A stretch of DNA of 64,000 nt, from assembly GCF_009914755.1 (NCBI RefSeq), contig NC_060941.1; one strand, given 5' to 3'. Below the pieces are notes generated by a model that saw only the letters and a program-made list of their open reading frames with translations, searched no databases and had not been told where the DNA came from. Source of the stretch: the human T2T-CHM13v2.0 reference genome, Homo sapiens. This document shows positions 16,901 through 48,807 of this stretch, piece after piece. The position numbers and the translations under genes were made by a program. Positions within the stretch are counted from its first letter, which is position 1, and each line of letters opens with the position of its first letter.

Positions 16901-18019
16901 GATTCCAGTTTGTTAAGAATCACCTGAAGGACGTTTCTCTGAAGGGAAAGTGGGCATCTGTGAAGGGTTAGAGGCACATACTTCAACTTTCCCTAGCACA
17001 AGAGTGGAAATCCATACTCCTTGGGGAGGGACTTTGTCACTGAACCTTAAGAAAATGGTTACTGGACTGAGCTTGGTTACTTATGCCTGTAATCCTGACG
17101 TTTTGGTAGATGGAAGTGGGAGCATCGATTGAGGCCAGGAGTTCTAGCCTAGGCAATGTAGTGAGACTCTCATCGAAAAGAAAATAAAAAAAAGAAGAAA
17201 GAATCTCGTGGCTGTCATTTTTAATGTTGCTGGTGTGCAGGGAGGCTGTTTTGACTCCTATTTCCATTCTTGGGCCACCGGCAGAGCAGGGCAAAGCTAT
17301 GAGGTTACATAGACCTGGCTTAGACCCCAGTCCCATTCCCCAGCAGCTTCAGGCCCAAGCAACGGTCTCCATCTCCCTGAACACAGTCTCCTTATAGGTA
17401 AAATAACTGCAGAGTTGATGCTGGAATTAAATCAATGCAGTGGCGAGCCCAGCGCTGCAGAGCCCCGTGCTTAGTGACCAAAATAATGTCCCGCCTGCCT
17501 CATCTTCCTCTCGGATTTTTGCCAAGGCCAAACTGCGCGTGTCCCAGAAAAAAACCCTCGGACACTTGGCCTCTGCCCTGTCTCAGCCGAGTGACTAGGA
17601 TGACTGGGAAGTGAATCACAGGAAAATCACCCAAGCCCACTCTTCTCCACAGCCGGTGAGCAGAAGGAAGGAAGCAAAGAAGGAAGGGAGGAAGGGAAGA
17701 AGGGAGAGTTCAGTTCCCTTTCGTCGTTCACACAGTGGTCCTCCACACCAGGAAACCTAAGGGCTCTGTGGAGGGCCAGGTGCCGTGGCAGCAACACTCC
17801 TCAGGGCCTGTTTCAGCACCCCATTTACGTGGCACATGAAAAATTCAGGATGAACGCCCTGGCTGAAAGCTCTTCCTGGGTTTGGGACATCAGAAGACCT
17901 TCCCGGGATGGGCTCTTGTCTCTGCAGTAGCTATGACCTGCACATAAACCTGTTTCCTACACTGTAAAATTGGCGTAACCACCATTCCCTCCCAGTCTTT
18001 CTCTGGAGTCCTAATGGGA

Positions 18020-18920
18020 ACAGTGACGGAATGAAAGTGACCACGCTGGAACCCGAAGCGCTGTTCCCCTCCGTGGCTTCACACTGATCTCCACACTAGA
18101 ATTCCGTGTCTGCAGTTCAAGTTCAAACTACTGTGGTCGGGGAAGGGCTACAGAGATCTCGCTTGGCCGTGGAGTCACCGGCCCCGTCCAGTCTTGCTTG
18201 GGACACATACTGGTTTACACTCTCTCGGGTTCAGTTTCCTCATCTGTAAATGGGGCTCGTATCCCCCTCATAAAGTGGTTTGGGGGATAATAAAGCTTGT
18301 AAAAGCGCTTTGCCCCAGTGCTTGGCACATAATACGCGCTACGTTAACAATGTCGCGTACACGCCCGAACCGGAGGAACCCCATTCCACGCTCCTTCTGG
18401 AACCGAATTCACCTCTGAGGCTTTGGGGATTCAGAGCCGGAGCCGCTTGGGCAAAACCAGCAGAACAGCGAGAGGGAACGGGCTGGTCTAGCCCTGCCCT
18501 GAGCATTTCTACTGAGACCCCCGGTCCTGCTTCTTCCAGCCTCTGCTGGATTTCTCTCCGACCCCTCTGGAGCGAAGCCCTTTGGCCCTGCGTTGCATGC
18601 GGCACGGTGCGGGTTCGGGCTCTGCGCTGGAGCCGGGATGCCCTCCGGCGGAGGGTGCGCGTAGGCGGCGCCTGGGCGTGAGCCCCGCCTGCAAGGCTCA
18701 GCGTCGGGGAAGCACTTTTCTCGTCGACCCGGGGTCTTTTTCCGCCAAGGAGCTCGGGGCTCAAGAACTCGGGACTGGGCTGTGGGCGGGGCATGGTTTT
18801 CCTCTCTGGGCGTCCTAATCTCCAATTTCAGGCAAATTCGCTAGGAAGAACCTTCCCGAGCGCGCCTTCTCCAACAGGACCTCCAAGCCAGCCTCACGCA
18901 CGCAGGCCTGGCTCTCTCCT
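18020..18920. promoter_or_regulatory. Orphan CpG island
   Basis: Dense CpGs (tgcgcgtaggcggcgcc etc.), GC boxes. Confidence 0.8.
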
Positions 18921-20018
18921 GCAGAATCCCCACCTGCCCTATAACTACCCACTTCAGATATGGGGGAATGGAGGAGATATTCCAATCACGCCATCTACCT
19001 ACAGTTTCCACGGCCCCTTCTGTTGAATGGTATTTTCCTTTAGGGTCCCTAGAAGCAGAGCAAATGAAAAGGCCAGGGGGAAAAAAAAAAAAAAAAGAAA
19101 GAACCGGTGAATTGGCTCTGAGCCCAATAAACGGTTCCTCTTTCCTTCTCCGGTCCTTTCCCTTCCAACAGAGCGATTGAGAAATCATTTCAATAATCAG
19201 CAAATCGGCTGGGAAATGGAGAACCAGAAGGGAATGTCCTATCCAACAGCGCTTTTTCTTCTCTCAATAGAAGCCCAGTCTTTCATTTAGATATGAATAT
19301 AGCTACTGTGCATTTCTCCATTAATAAATATAAATTTCCAAACTAGGTGGTGAGGGATATGAATTTCCATGGTACATTGGGCCCTAGAGACACCAAGAAG
19401 CTTCAGGTCATAAGGGGGTCTATTCAGGCTATGTCCAAGCACAACCAAATTATGGCATTAAAAACAAGAGGTCTTGATTCAGATCTTTCACGTTTTAATA
19501 ACAGAGGGGGATGCTGCTGATATAGAAAAATGATTGAAAATATTTGTAAACATATACTTCTCACTGGACCTCCAGTCATGTTGGTGGGTGTGGTAGACAG
19601 AATCAAGTACGTCAACTAGCTGTTTTCTGGTTTAGAAACAAAAAATACCCCCAGCCCCACCCCCACTCTGGAGTCTTTGCTTCTCAACTACGAAATGGAA
19701 AAAAAAGAACTCAAGTCCCATTTAGACTGTGGGAGCTCAGCCCATGAAGGGACTGTGGGAATTGACATGGAGAGTTTGGGGTGGAGAGGTGGAAGGGTGG
19801 AGGAAATGAGATCGGCAGCAGACACTGAGTCAGAGGCCTGAGACTAAGGCCTGGCTCTGTGTCCTTGATATCCCCAAGCCTCAGTGTTCACATCTATAAG
19901 ATGAGGATAATATTGATCTCACAGAACTGCTGTGAAGAATCAACCACATAATATATGTGACGATGGTTTTTCATTATCAGCCTTTCCTTGGCCTGGACCA
20001 AATTGAAAGGAGACTGTG

Positions 20019-20405
20019 GGGCCAGGCAAGGTGGCTTGGATCATGCCTGTAATACTAGCGCTTTAGGAGGCTGAGGCAGGAAGATCCCTTGAGACCAGGA
20101 GTTTGAGACCAGCCTCAGCAACATAGTGAGACTCTATATCTTAAAAATAAAATAAAATAAAATAAAATAAAATAAAATAAAATAAAATAAAATAAAATAA
20201 AATTAGCCAGACATGGTGGTGCATGCCTGTAGTCCCAGCTCCTCAGTGGGGAGAGTTGGGAGGATCACTGAGCCCAGGAGGTCAATGCTGCAGTGAACCA
20301 TGATCTAGACACTGCACTCCAGCCTGGGTGACAAAGCAAGACCCCGTAAAAAAAAAAAGAAAGAATGAGGAAGAAAGGAAAAGAGAAAAAAAGAAAAGAA
20401 AAGAG
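20019..20405 (+). mobile_element. Alu with an (AAAAT)n expansion in the central linker (~20143-20202)
   Basis: Alu arms flank a pentanucleotide array. Confidence 0.9.
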
Positions 20406-21588
20406 ACCGTGGCAAAGAAGGCAAGGGTCCAGCTTGGGCCCAGCCCAGGGATGGGTATGAGCATCCCCATGGCTACTTGATGCCCTGTCACGTGGGCTCA
20501 GCTGGCTTAGTCTCACCCTCTGCCAGATCCAGGAGGAAGTGAGAATCCATTACAGTGGGCCTGTCTCAGCTCCTGTTTGCTTTGGCCACAGCGTGATGGT
20601 GTCTTGCTGGCTTTGCCAACAGGATTTAGGTGTTTGCTCTCCCGCCTGGCATGGCTGCTAAGGCAGCTGGCATTCTGCTCCTGCTTATCATGCTGGCTGA
20701 GACTTCCTGCTGCTGCTGCTTCCCCTTTCTCAGATGGATGGGGTCCTATTTTATTATCATTGTCACAAGACTCCTATGCTTGAGAAAGCAGGGTGGTGAA
20801 AAGAGGCCACAGACTTTCCCTTTCAAATGGCTCCCCAAGAAGTACATACTCAAGGACTAAGATGAATCAGGAAGTACGCCAGGAAAAGAAATGAGACAGA
20901 GAGCCAGAAAAAACAGGCACTAACCCTAGATCTTTAAAGGACTTGCTTTGCTTTCCACACTTCTTTCCTCATGCTTTCTGAGGACAGTAGTAGATAGCGG
21001 GAGTAAAGGGGAAGGGAGCCCCTTGCTGAAGGTCACCCCACACCAGCCAGAGCCCACGGTTGGAGAGTCTTGGAGGAGAGTCTTGGAGGAAACATGATTA
21101 TCAGGTGCCTGATGGGAAGAACATGTGCTCAGAATAATCACATCCCCTCCCATAGCCAAGGCAACTCCCAGAACCTCCAGCCACCTCCCCAGCACAGTGT
21201 GCATTCAGAAGACATGAAATCCCCTCCACATGACACACTACCTGCTTGGCTTTCCAGGCTGCTAGTGAATAACTTACAGTCATGGCTGGAGAATGCAAAA
21301 TAATTGAAAGCAATGCTTAATAAATTGCAGTTTCAAGGTCTTCATTGCCTTCCTAACAATTTGCAAAACTCATTTTATTGCTTTTTTAGATTCCTCGAAT
21401 TGAAATACCACTGCATGCTGTAATTAAGCTAAGTGACATGCCAGCTGTAAAGGCAAGGGTTGTGAATGATTACATTCAGTTCATGTAATCATACAGGATG
21501 AGTGTGGGGAGGGAGCCTACAACAGCTGCCGGTCTGCCTTGCTTACACTCTCTGCCAGGGTGGAAGGAAAGCTGGAATCTAAAATCAC

Positions 21589-24045
<2,457 letters not shown>

Positions 24046-24339
24046 TCACCTCCTCCAATGAAGTGGACTTGGTCCTCCCAGCTAGGTGTGAGGGTGTTTC
24101 CTTCTCGTCTACTGACACTCTTTTTTAGTGGCACTTAACTCAGGCTAGTTATCTGTGGACCCGCCTTCCTCCACTGCACACTCTTTGGGAGCAGGAACTG
24201 CCACAGCATTTTTCTGTCTCACAGAAGCACTGTGCTCTGCACAGCCCTATGAGTGAACAGACAGGAGGTGGGTGGGGCTGGGAAGGCAGCCTGATATTGT
24301 GCCTTCTCGTTGGATAACCTTGAGCTGTTAAAGCCTCTA

Positions 24340-24490
24340 GACAGGATGTGCTACAAAATTTGGCAGGTCCACTAAAAAATGAAAACGCAGAGTTCCTTGT
24401 TCAAAAATGATTCAGAATTTCAATATGGTGGCAAATACAGGGCTCTTCTAAGTGCAGGACCCTGTGCAACTGCACAGATTGCATGTCCTG
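24340..24490 (-). mobile_element. MER45-like hAT DNA transposon fossil
   Basis: ccttgttcaaaaat..agaatttcaa..ttctaagtgcaggaccctgtgcaactgcacag resembles the recalled MER45A consensus. Confidence 0.7.
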
Positions 24491-25217
24491 TCTCTAGGAG
24501 CAAAGGTGCTGGCACCACATGTCCCACAGACAGCCAAATAATTCTGGCATCGTCTTATTAAGATACTTCCTTTTTATCAGCTCAGGAATCTCGACTGGCT
24601 GGAACTCGTGACCAGGAAGAAAAGGGGAGAGATGTAGAGATTCCAGGAAGCCCCTTTTCAGCAAGTCTTACATCTTTTGCTTGGGCCAGGCTATGATCTC
24701 TGACAACCTGATGAGAACAATGGGAAAAGTGGCCTCACATCAGTCTGTTTTGAGCCTTCCGAATGGCGTCAGGAATGGGCTTGTGGAGGTTGAGATGGCA
24801 ATTAAGCTTTTACTTGTCTGCTGGGATAACCAGGCCTTGGCTTCTTTTGCCATCCAGGTGGGCCTTGACTATTTACTAAAAAGAAAAGAACGCTATCCCG
24901 GGATCCTTGAAAACCAGGCTGACATGGGGATGACGTGTACATATGTGTGTTTCAGAGCTGGACACAAATGATTTGAGTCTAATGTCTCCATTCAATATCT
25001 TGGATAATTAAGGTCTTTTGCCTGAAGGGTACTGTGGGCTTCAAGCATCCCAGGTTCCCCTGACATTCTTGAGGCCAGAAATTCGTTCTATTGGAAATCC
25101 ATAAGGCAAAGCCAGGTCAACACTGTGAAGCAAGCACTTGTCTTCAGAACTTACTTCTTCCACCTCTGCCTCATATGCCCCAAAGGTCTCACCAGGGATC
25201 AGACTCAGGAAGAGTGA

Positions 25218-25753
<536 letters not shown>

Positions 25754-25844
25754 TGGAGCTTTCTTAGTGAGGGGTACTCAGGATAACTGTCTCCCCACAA
25801 CCCTCCTTTCCCATTATCCCTCCAAATCAGGCTCCTCCTCCTGG

Positions 25845-26531
25845 CAGTAAGCATGGCAATTTCTTTTATTAATGGATGCCTGAAGGGAAAGTGTAACATT
25901 TCTGCAGGCTGATAGAAGAAGCATCTTCAGGCTGGGTACTCTCGCCTCACCTCTGTTTTCACTGGTGAGATTAAGTTGGGCTGGTGAGGGAGGTCACCAG
26001 AGGATGCTCGGGCACTGAGGTGGCAAGTCTTTGGGCTGGTGGGGATGGGCGGAGGTCGGGCCTTGACCTTGTGAAGTTGCAGCTGCCTCAGTTCTCTCAC
26101 TCAGGGCTCAGAGTTATGCACCATGCCCATCCCTGACCTCATCTTTTATCTTGGAGATGAAGACCAACTGGCATAGTTCTGTTGGTGGACTGAGGGCTTT
26201 TGACTCCTGGAAATCATGAGTCCTTCTCTGAAACACTACTCCCGAAGTTGCTTTATCTGGGGGAGTATTCTGGATGATGGTGCCATGTGAAGAACCCAGA
26301 GAAGTGCCACTGGTACGGCAACTGGAGTGTGTCCTGGGGCAGCACCAATCCAACCCCAGAAATCATGGTCCTGTAGCACTGTAAGCTAACTGGGAGGGAA
26401 CAGAGGCAGGGCTGTTGGCCCCATTGCTGCTACTAGGAACTAATGGAAGACCAGTATATCTAGATGAGCAAACAAAACTTCAGTTGATTCTGTGAACACT
26501 GGAGACACTGTCGGAAGAGACACATTGTTTC
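25845..26531 (-). other. TTLL6: TTLL6 terminal, entirely 3'UTR exon (3' end approximate)
   Basis: Acceptor ..cttaacttgcag| at 26532-26534 with a pyrimidine tract; repeat-free; AATAAA near its end; a downstream exon is needed because a donor follows the stop. Confidence 0.7.
25865..25870 (-). terminator. Polyadenylation signal AATAAA for TTLL6
   Basis: tttatt on the + strand at the end of the putative last exon. Confidence 0.7.
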
Positions 26532-27106
26532 CTGCAAGTTAAGAGGTAGGAAGGGAAAAGTGGCAGAGATCCAGTCTGATTCTGGAAAAAAAAAATTTTT
26601 TTTTTAGATTTTCCTTTAAAATGGCCTCCAGAATATTAAAGTCAATGAACTCATCATCACCATTCCTATCTAGTGGATCAAGAGACGCTTAGGTGACTTA
26701 TATCTGTAGTCACCAGAAACTCATTCTACCTACACAACATTCATCTTCCTGTAGCCTTCTTGCCTGAAATATTGGATATGGATCATTTAAGAGCAGCCAA
26801 GATGGCTGGCTGGAGAGAATGTTATAGTGGTTAAGAAGCTGTATGCCCTTGGACAAGTTACTCAACCTCTCTCAGCCTTGGTTTCCCCATTTGGAAAGAG
26901 ACAACAACAATGCCCCGAGGACTGAGACAATATATGCAAAGCTTTTAGTACACCAGTGGGAAGTGTGTCTTGGGCCAGTTCACGCTGGGCTCATCACCAT
27001 CAGCACAATATCATCCTCATCAGCAATAGCATCACCATCATTGCAGGTACCATTGATTCAGTAAGATGCCAGGCATCCCACTTTACCAAGCCATGAGTCA
27101 TCCTTA

Positions 27107-27784
<678 letters not shown>

Positions 27785-28594
27785 CTAGAATTCAACTCTT
27801 ATACAGATCTGCACCATGGACTCAGTGACCAACCCACTGTGAAAGTGGGTCCAGAGGAAGAAGAATGATATTCTAGCCACTAAAGCAGAAAAATGCAGGA
27901 ATGTGTCAGGGCGCCATTCCTCACATGGGTCAGGATGGGTGCCAAGTTCATGGCCAGATGGTAGAGAAGGAAACATAGAGCTGTTTGTCCAGTCCATCAC
28001 TTGTGTGAGGTTGGGCAAGTCATTTAACATCCTCAACCTTGAGTTTCTTCACTTGCAAACTGGGCATAAGGTAATAACGTCTGCCTTGCCAACCTCACAT
28101 TGTCAATGTGAGGATTCTATGAGATATGATCTGTAAACCTGATGTGTGGAAGGTGTTATTACTCTTACGCTTTCCAAAGAAACCCCTGATCCTCCATTGA
28201 GGCCTCTGCTTGCTCTTCCTTCTTTCCTTCAACCATTATTTATTGTGCAGAAGCCCTCTTTTCAAACCACATTCTGCTCCGTCTGCAAATCAATGCATTA
28301 ATATCATGCATTCCAATGGACATTCTGCTGTATATAGTCTTTTGGGAGTCTGCTTTTTTATGTGTAAGTCCTTTATGGTCCGATTAGTTTGGAGAGAACT
28401 TTTAGAAGACATTATTTGGCCTAAAAGCAGGGGGCCAGTTCTGAGATCTGGTGACCCCATACGGTATTCTAGGAGGCTCTGCTTGGTCTTTGTCATATCT
28501 GCTACCTGCAGAAATGCCTCCACTGAAGAGCCACTTATTGTCACCTCAGCTCTAACTAAAGACTAATATGAAAAGTATCATTTAACAGACAGAT

Positions 28595-29130
<536 letters not shown>

Positions 29131-29161
29131 ACCATCTATCATCCTGATTTTTTCTTTTTTT

Positions 29162-29459
<298 letters not shown>

Positions 29460-29589
29460 TGACTAATACTAACACATGGCCATGCCCTCAGCCATTGCTT
29501 ATTATGGCAGAAAAGATCTAAGATGCCACATGATAAACTGCTCTTTCAGGGAAAGAAGTCTTCCCTAAGGAACTACTAAACTTATTTTT

Positions 29590-29990
29590 ACTCATCTAGG
29601 AGAAAATATTGAAACCCTGTCTGCCTAAAAAATACCAGAGCTTCTTGGGGAATCTAGCCCACGTTGCTAAAAAGTGACACGAAGAATCAGCATCTGATGT
29701 CAGAGGTATTCACCAAGATTCAACTGATGGGGAAGTTCTCCCTGTTTCCCAGCTCACTACAGCTCCAAGCGGGTGAGGGCCAGTGTACACAGGGATGTAC
29801 CTGGAGCTTGGGAGTGGGGAGAGAAACCAACAGAACCAGTCCCAATCTTTGAGGAGCCCCCAATCTTGAGGGAAGGAATAAAGTTCCTGTCTTCAGGGAG
29901 ACCCCCATCTGATGGCAGAGACATAGTCCATGCCACTAGAGACTCTCTAGTATGATTGGACAGACAAAAAGGACCAAAACAGGATGCTGT
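29590..29990 (+). pseudogene. Inverted, decayed genomic copy of TTLL6 exon 33331-33700 (3' part) plus the following intron
   Basis: Collinear with the reverse complement of 33118-33540 (44/57 identical in the one block I counted); peptide LLKSDTKNQHLMSEVFTKIQLMGKFS vs LLKSDMNKPHLISELLTKLQLSGKLS; frameshifted. Confidence 0.9.
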
Positions 29991-30190
29991 GCCTGGCCTT
30001 TTCTGCTAAGAGGTTCAGAGCTAAATTCAACGGTCAATGCAGGAAGCACTTTATCACACCCTCTTCATATAATGATCTCTTCCCTTTCTTCGTGTGGCTT
30101 CTGATCATTATTATTTCATTTAACAGTCCTACTGAATACAAGTTTTCATTGTAATGTGCTACATCATCCTTTTTTAAATAGTAGAAACAG

Positions 30191-31130
30191 ACTGGGTGTG
30201 GTGGCTCATATCTGTAATCCTAGCATTTTGGGAGGCCGAGGTGGGTGAATTGCTTGAGGCCAGGATTTCGAGAACAACTTGTCCAACATGGCAAAACCCT
30301 ATATCTACTAGAAATACAAAAATTGTCCGGGCATGGAGGCACATGCCTTTAGCCCCAGCTACTCAAGAGGCTGAGGCACAAGAATTGAAGATAGTGGTAG
30401 TGGGTTGGAGCTCCTTAGGGATCAGAGTTTTGCTCCAATAACAGGCCCACAGGTCAGGGCTGGCTGTAACAGGCTCCTCTGCCCAGGCCTGGGTCTACAT
30501 GTAAGACAAGTACTTATTACCCGTATGTTTTTGTTGTTGTTGTTTTGTTTTGTTTTGTTTTGTGTTTTTGAGATGGAGTCTCGCTCTGTCTCCCAGGCAG
30601 GAGCGCAGTGGCGTGATCTCGGCTCACCACAACTGTAGCTGGGACTACAGGCACGTGCCATCATGCCCGGCTACTTTTTGTATTTTTAGTAGAGATGGGG
30701 TTTCACCATATTGGCTAGGCTGGTCTCAAACTCCTGACCTAGTGATCTGCCCACCTCGGCCTCCCAAAGTGCTGGGATTACAGGCATGAGCCACCGTGCC
30801 TGACCTATTACCCATATTTAAAAGACTTGTTCAAAAGACAAATTCCCAGGGCCCCTTCCCAGCCCTCTTATGCCAGAATTCCCAGGGGGTTTGGCCTGAG
30901 AAACTACAGGCTTAAACAAGGGCCCTCATATGATTCCTATCATCAGGGAAATGGGGAAACATCAGGCCCAGCTCTTCTCTGAGCATGGTGAGAGGACTAT
31001 CAGAATCAACTAGAGGAGCTTCATAAAATGCAGATTCCTGGGCTCTCCACCCAGGACCACTGAATCAGAATTTCTGGGAGAAGGCCCTGGAATATGCATT
31101 TTTACAGGAACCCAAGGTGATCTCTATGGG
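30191..31130. mobile_element. Truncated Alu (+), Alu (-, 30527-30803) and MER5-type fossils (30810-31130)
   Basis: Alu consensus; MER5 motifs atgcagattcctggg and tgaatcagaat. Confidence 0.8.
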
Positions 31131-31705
31131 CTGGATGTTTCCTTGCAGGCCCTCCTGCAGTGTGAGCTACTGGTCACAAGGGGCCAGGTCAGAGTATCTG
31201 CTCACAGTAAGCTTTGCGTGGCAGGGTGGAGGGAGACGATTCACATCTCTAGCCTTCTTCTTTAGACAGTCAAGCAGCAAAGATCCCTTAATTCCACAGC
31301 TCTATGTTGTGGAGTTCTCCGAAGTTTTTACATATGACCTTCCCTCAGAAGCACTGAAGTTCAGACGGAGGGCATCTTACCATCTCCTGGGGCCTTTTGC
31401 ACGGTGGAACCAAAGCTTCTCAAAGGCCTTTGGTTCCACATCTCAGTCTCTGCTGTCCTGTTGCTCTGTCCCCTCAGCACACTCCATTACAGGGCCAGCC
31501 TTTGGGGCAAGTGATCTAGGCCTAGACCAGGCGGCATAGCTTGAAGGATGTGAAAATCAACCCATTATGGTTGACATGGTTCTACTTCTGGGATCTCCAT
31601 ATATGACTATCTCAATTTTAGCCATAAGTGGAAGACAAGGCAAAGTGCCTAGTGGGGGCAGATCAGCTCTACCAGAAATATATTAATACATAGCAAGGGG
31701 GTCAC

Positions 31706-32460
<755 letters not shown>

Positions 32461-32591
32461 TAAGTCTTCATTGTCTACTTACCTGTATGTCTTTATCAAT
32501 CCATCCATCCTCCTACCTACCCAACATTCCAGAAAAACACAGAGCACCTGCCAACGCACCAAATTCATTAAGGGAATATGTGTGGGCCTAC

Positions 32592-32857
32592 CTAGCTCCT
32601 CTCACATCCTTTTTGGCCAGAGATCAGGCAATGGCTGTATGCTTCTTGATCCTGCATACATGGGTCCCTCATAGCACTTGCGTGGCTTCTACAAGGCCTT
32701 GGATCCAGTTGGGCTGGAGTGGCAATCACCAGCAGGTCCCTCAGAGTAACATTATAGCTCTGAGGACTCTGCAAGAGGAGGGAGGACACATCCAGCTGCC
32801 TCTTCTCGCCAGAGCTGTCACTGCGGGAGTGGCACTCCCCAGGCAGGGAGGGGTTTT
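32592..32857 (-). CDS. TTLL6: TTLL6 last coding exon (266 nt; [19 protein letters not shown])
   Basis: tttccag| acceptor in phase 1; TAG stop at 32592-32594 immediately followed by the donor gtaggc. Confidence 0.92.
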
Positions 32858-33330
32858 CTGGAAAGGCAAAGTCAGAAGCATCAGCGATTTGTGCTGCTGG
32901 ATTCAGCACAAATTCCTGGTGAAGACCACCTCCCAGTAGGGTCCCATGGCCTGTAACTGCCATTCAAAGCTCTTTGAGCCAGAATCAGCCATTGCTCCTT
33001 TTCTCCAAATAGTTTTTCTTCCCCATTTTTTCATACTTAACATCAGTAACTGGTGCAGCCTCAGCTGAATGAGCCTCATGTGAATGAGAACCAGGAAGTG
33101 GTGAAGAAGGGAACTGGACAGCAATCTGTTTTTATCTTTTTTGTCTTCCCAATCAGACTAGAGACTTCCTAATGGTATGGACTGTGTCTCCACCATCAGA
33201 CTGGGGTTTCCCTGAAGACAGGGGCTGTCCCCCCTCCAAAGACTGGGAGCTCCCCAAAGATTAGGACTGGTTCTATCGGTCCCTCTCCCCTTTAAGCTCC
33301 TGGCACATCCCTGTACACACTGGCACTCAC

Positions 33331-33700
33331 GTGACAGGTTATTCATCCCCAGCTTGGGGTTGTAGTGAGCTGGGAAGAAGGAGAGCTTCCCACTCAGTTG
33401 AAGCTTGGTGAGTAGCTCGGATATCAAATGTGGCTTGTTCATGTCACTCTTTAGCAAAGTCCAGTTTGTGTTCGGACTCTCCCAGAAGCTCTTGGATTTT
33501 GTGGGCAGAAAAGATTTTAACATTTTCTTCTGGGTTAAGTGTGGAGGGGTCTGCTGCTTCTTGCATTTAAAGGATACCACCCTGTCCGTCTCTGGGCCAC
33601 TGTACTCAGAGCTGGCGGTCACAGCCAGGGTTGGCGGAGACTTTGGGGAGATTGAGAGTTGGGTGGTGGATTCTGGGGTGGTTTCTACGGAGGTTAAGTG
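33331..33700 (-). CDS. TTLL6: TTLL6 coding exon (370 nt; HLTSVETTPES..PKLGMNNLS)
   Basis: ttcttccag| and TCAC|gtgagt; open frame; phase 0 to 1. Confidence 0.92.
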
Positions 33701-33759
33701 CTGGAAGAAAAGACAGTTCAAAATGAGACTGTGGAAAGCAAAGGGTTCCTTCCTATGCT

Positions 33760-34570
<811 letters not shown>

Positions 34571-34599
34571 TAGTCTTGGGGAAAAAAAGAAACTGCACT

Positions 34600-43680
<9,081 letters not shown>

Positions 43681-43771
43681 AAAATAGGGCTCAGAAAAAA
43701 AAAAGAGGACATAGAATGAGATATATAATCACATCATATTTAAATACATTTTGTTTGTTTATTTATTTTGA

Positions 43772-43879
<108 letters not shown>

Positions 43880-44089
43880 TGACCTCAAATGATCTGCCCA
43901 CTTCAGCCTCCCAAAATGCTGGCATTACAGATGGGAGCCACTGCGCCCAGACTCTACTTTAAAAAATCCATTCTTTAAATGGGAAAACTGAGGTTTAGGG
44001 AATTTAAAGTGTCTAAAAGGAAGTTCTATTAAAAGGAGACTCCAGGATCCAATCGAAGGCAGCCAGATCCCCAAAGCATAATCTCTATT

Positions 44090-46210
<2,121 letters not shown>

Positions 46211-46244
46211 AAATTATGAAGCTGCAAAACATACTCTCTTAAAG

Positions 46245-47540
<1,296 letters not shown>

Positions 47541-47546
47541 TTAGGC

Positions 47547-48300
<754 letters not shown>

Positions 48301-48528
48301 CTCCAGGGGATAACCTGCCTCCCAAGAGGGGACGCACAAGAGCATCTTCCTAAATGCCGGTCCTCCCAGCAGCTATGCCATTCCACAGTGTGGGCTTCTC
48401 AAGGGGAGACACCAAGGCCCAGGGAGGCTCAGTGGCTTACTCAAAGGGTCACAGCAAGTTGGGGGTAGAGAAAGGACCAGTAAGCAAGACTCCCACCACT
48501 CCCTCCCAGAGCTCGGCTCACTACTTAC

Positions 48529-48807
48529 CACAGTGCCAGTGAATACGTTCACTGCAGAGGCAGACTTGGCCTCCTTGATGCTGAAGTTGGGTTTACTGGG
48601 CTCCAACTTCGAGCTGCTGAGATTGATATTCCTCAGATCGGGTAGAGAACTGAAGGGCTTCGCAGACGTCAGCTTGGGGAAAACAGAGCTGGCCTCCTCC
48701 GTGGGAGCCTCCTGGTTGAGGCTGCTGTCTGTTTCATTTTTCCTTTCACCTCTGACACTCAAGAGCAAGTCAGGTGTGTAGGATACTAATGTCAATGGCT
48801 GGATGTA
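48529..48807 (-). CDS. TTLL6: TTLL6 coding exon (279 nt; YIQPLTLVSYTPDLL..NVFTGTV)
   Basis: cctcag| and GTG|gtaagt; open frame; phase 0-0. Confidence 0.92.
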
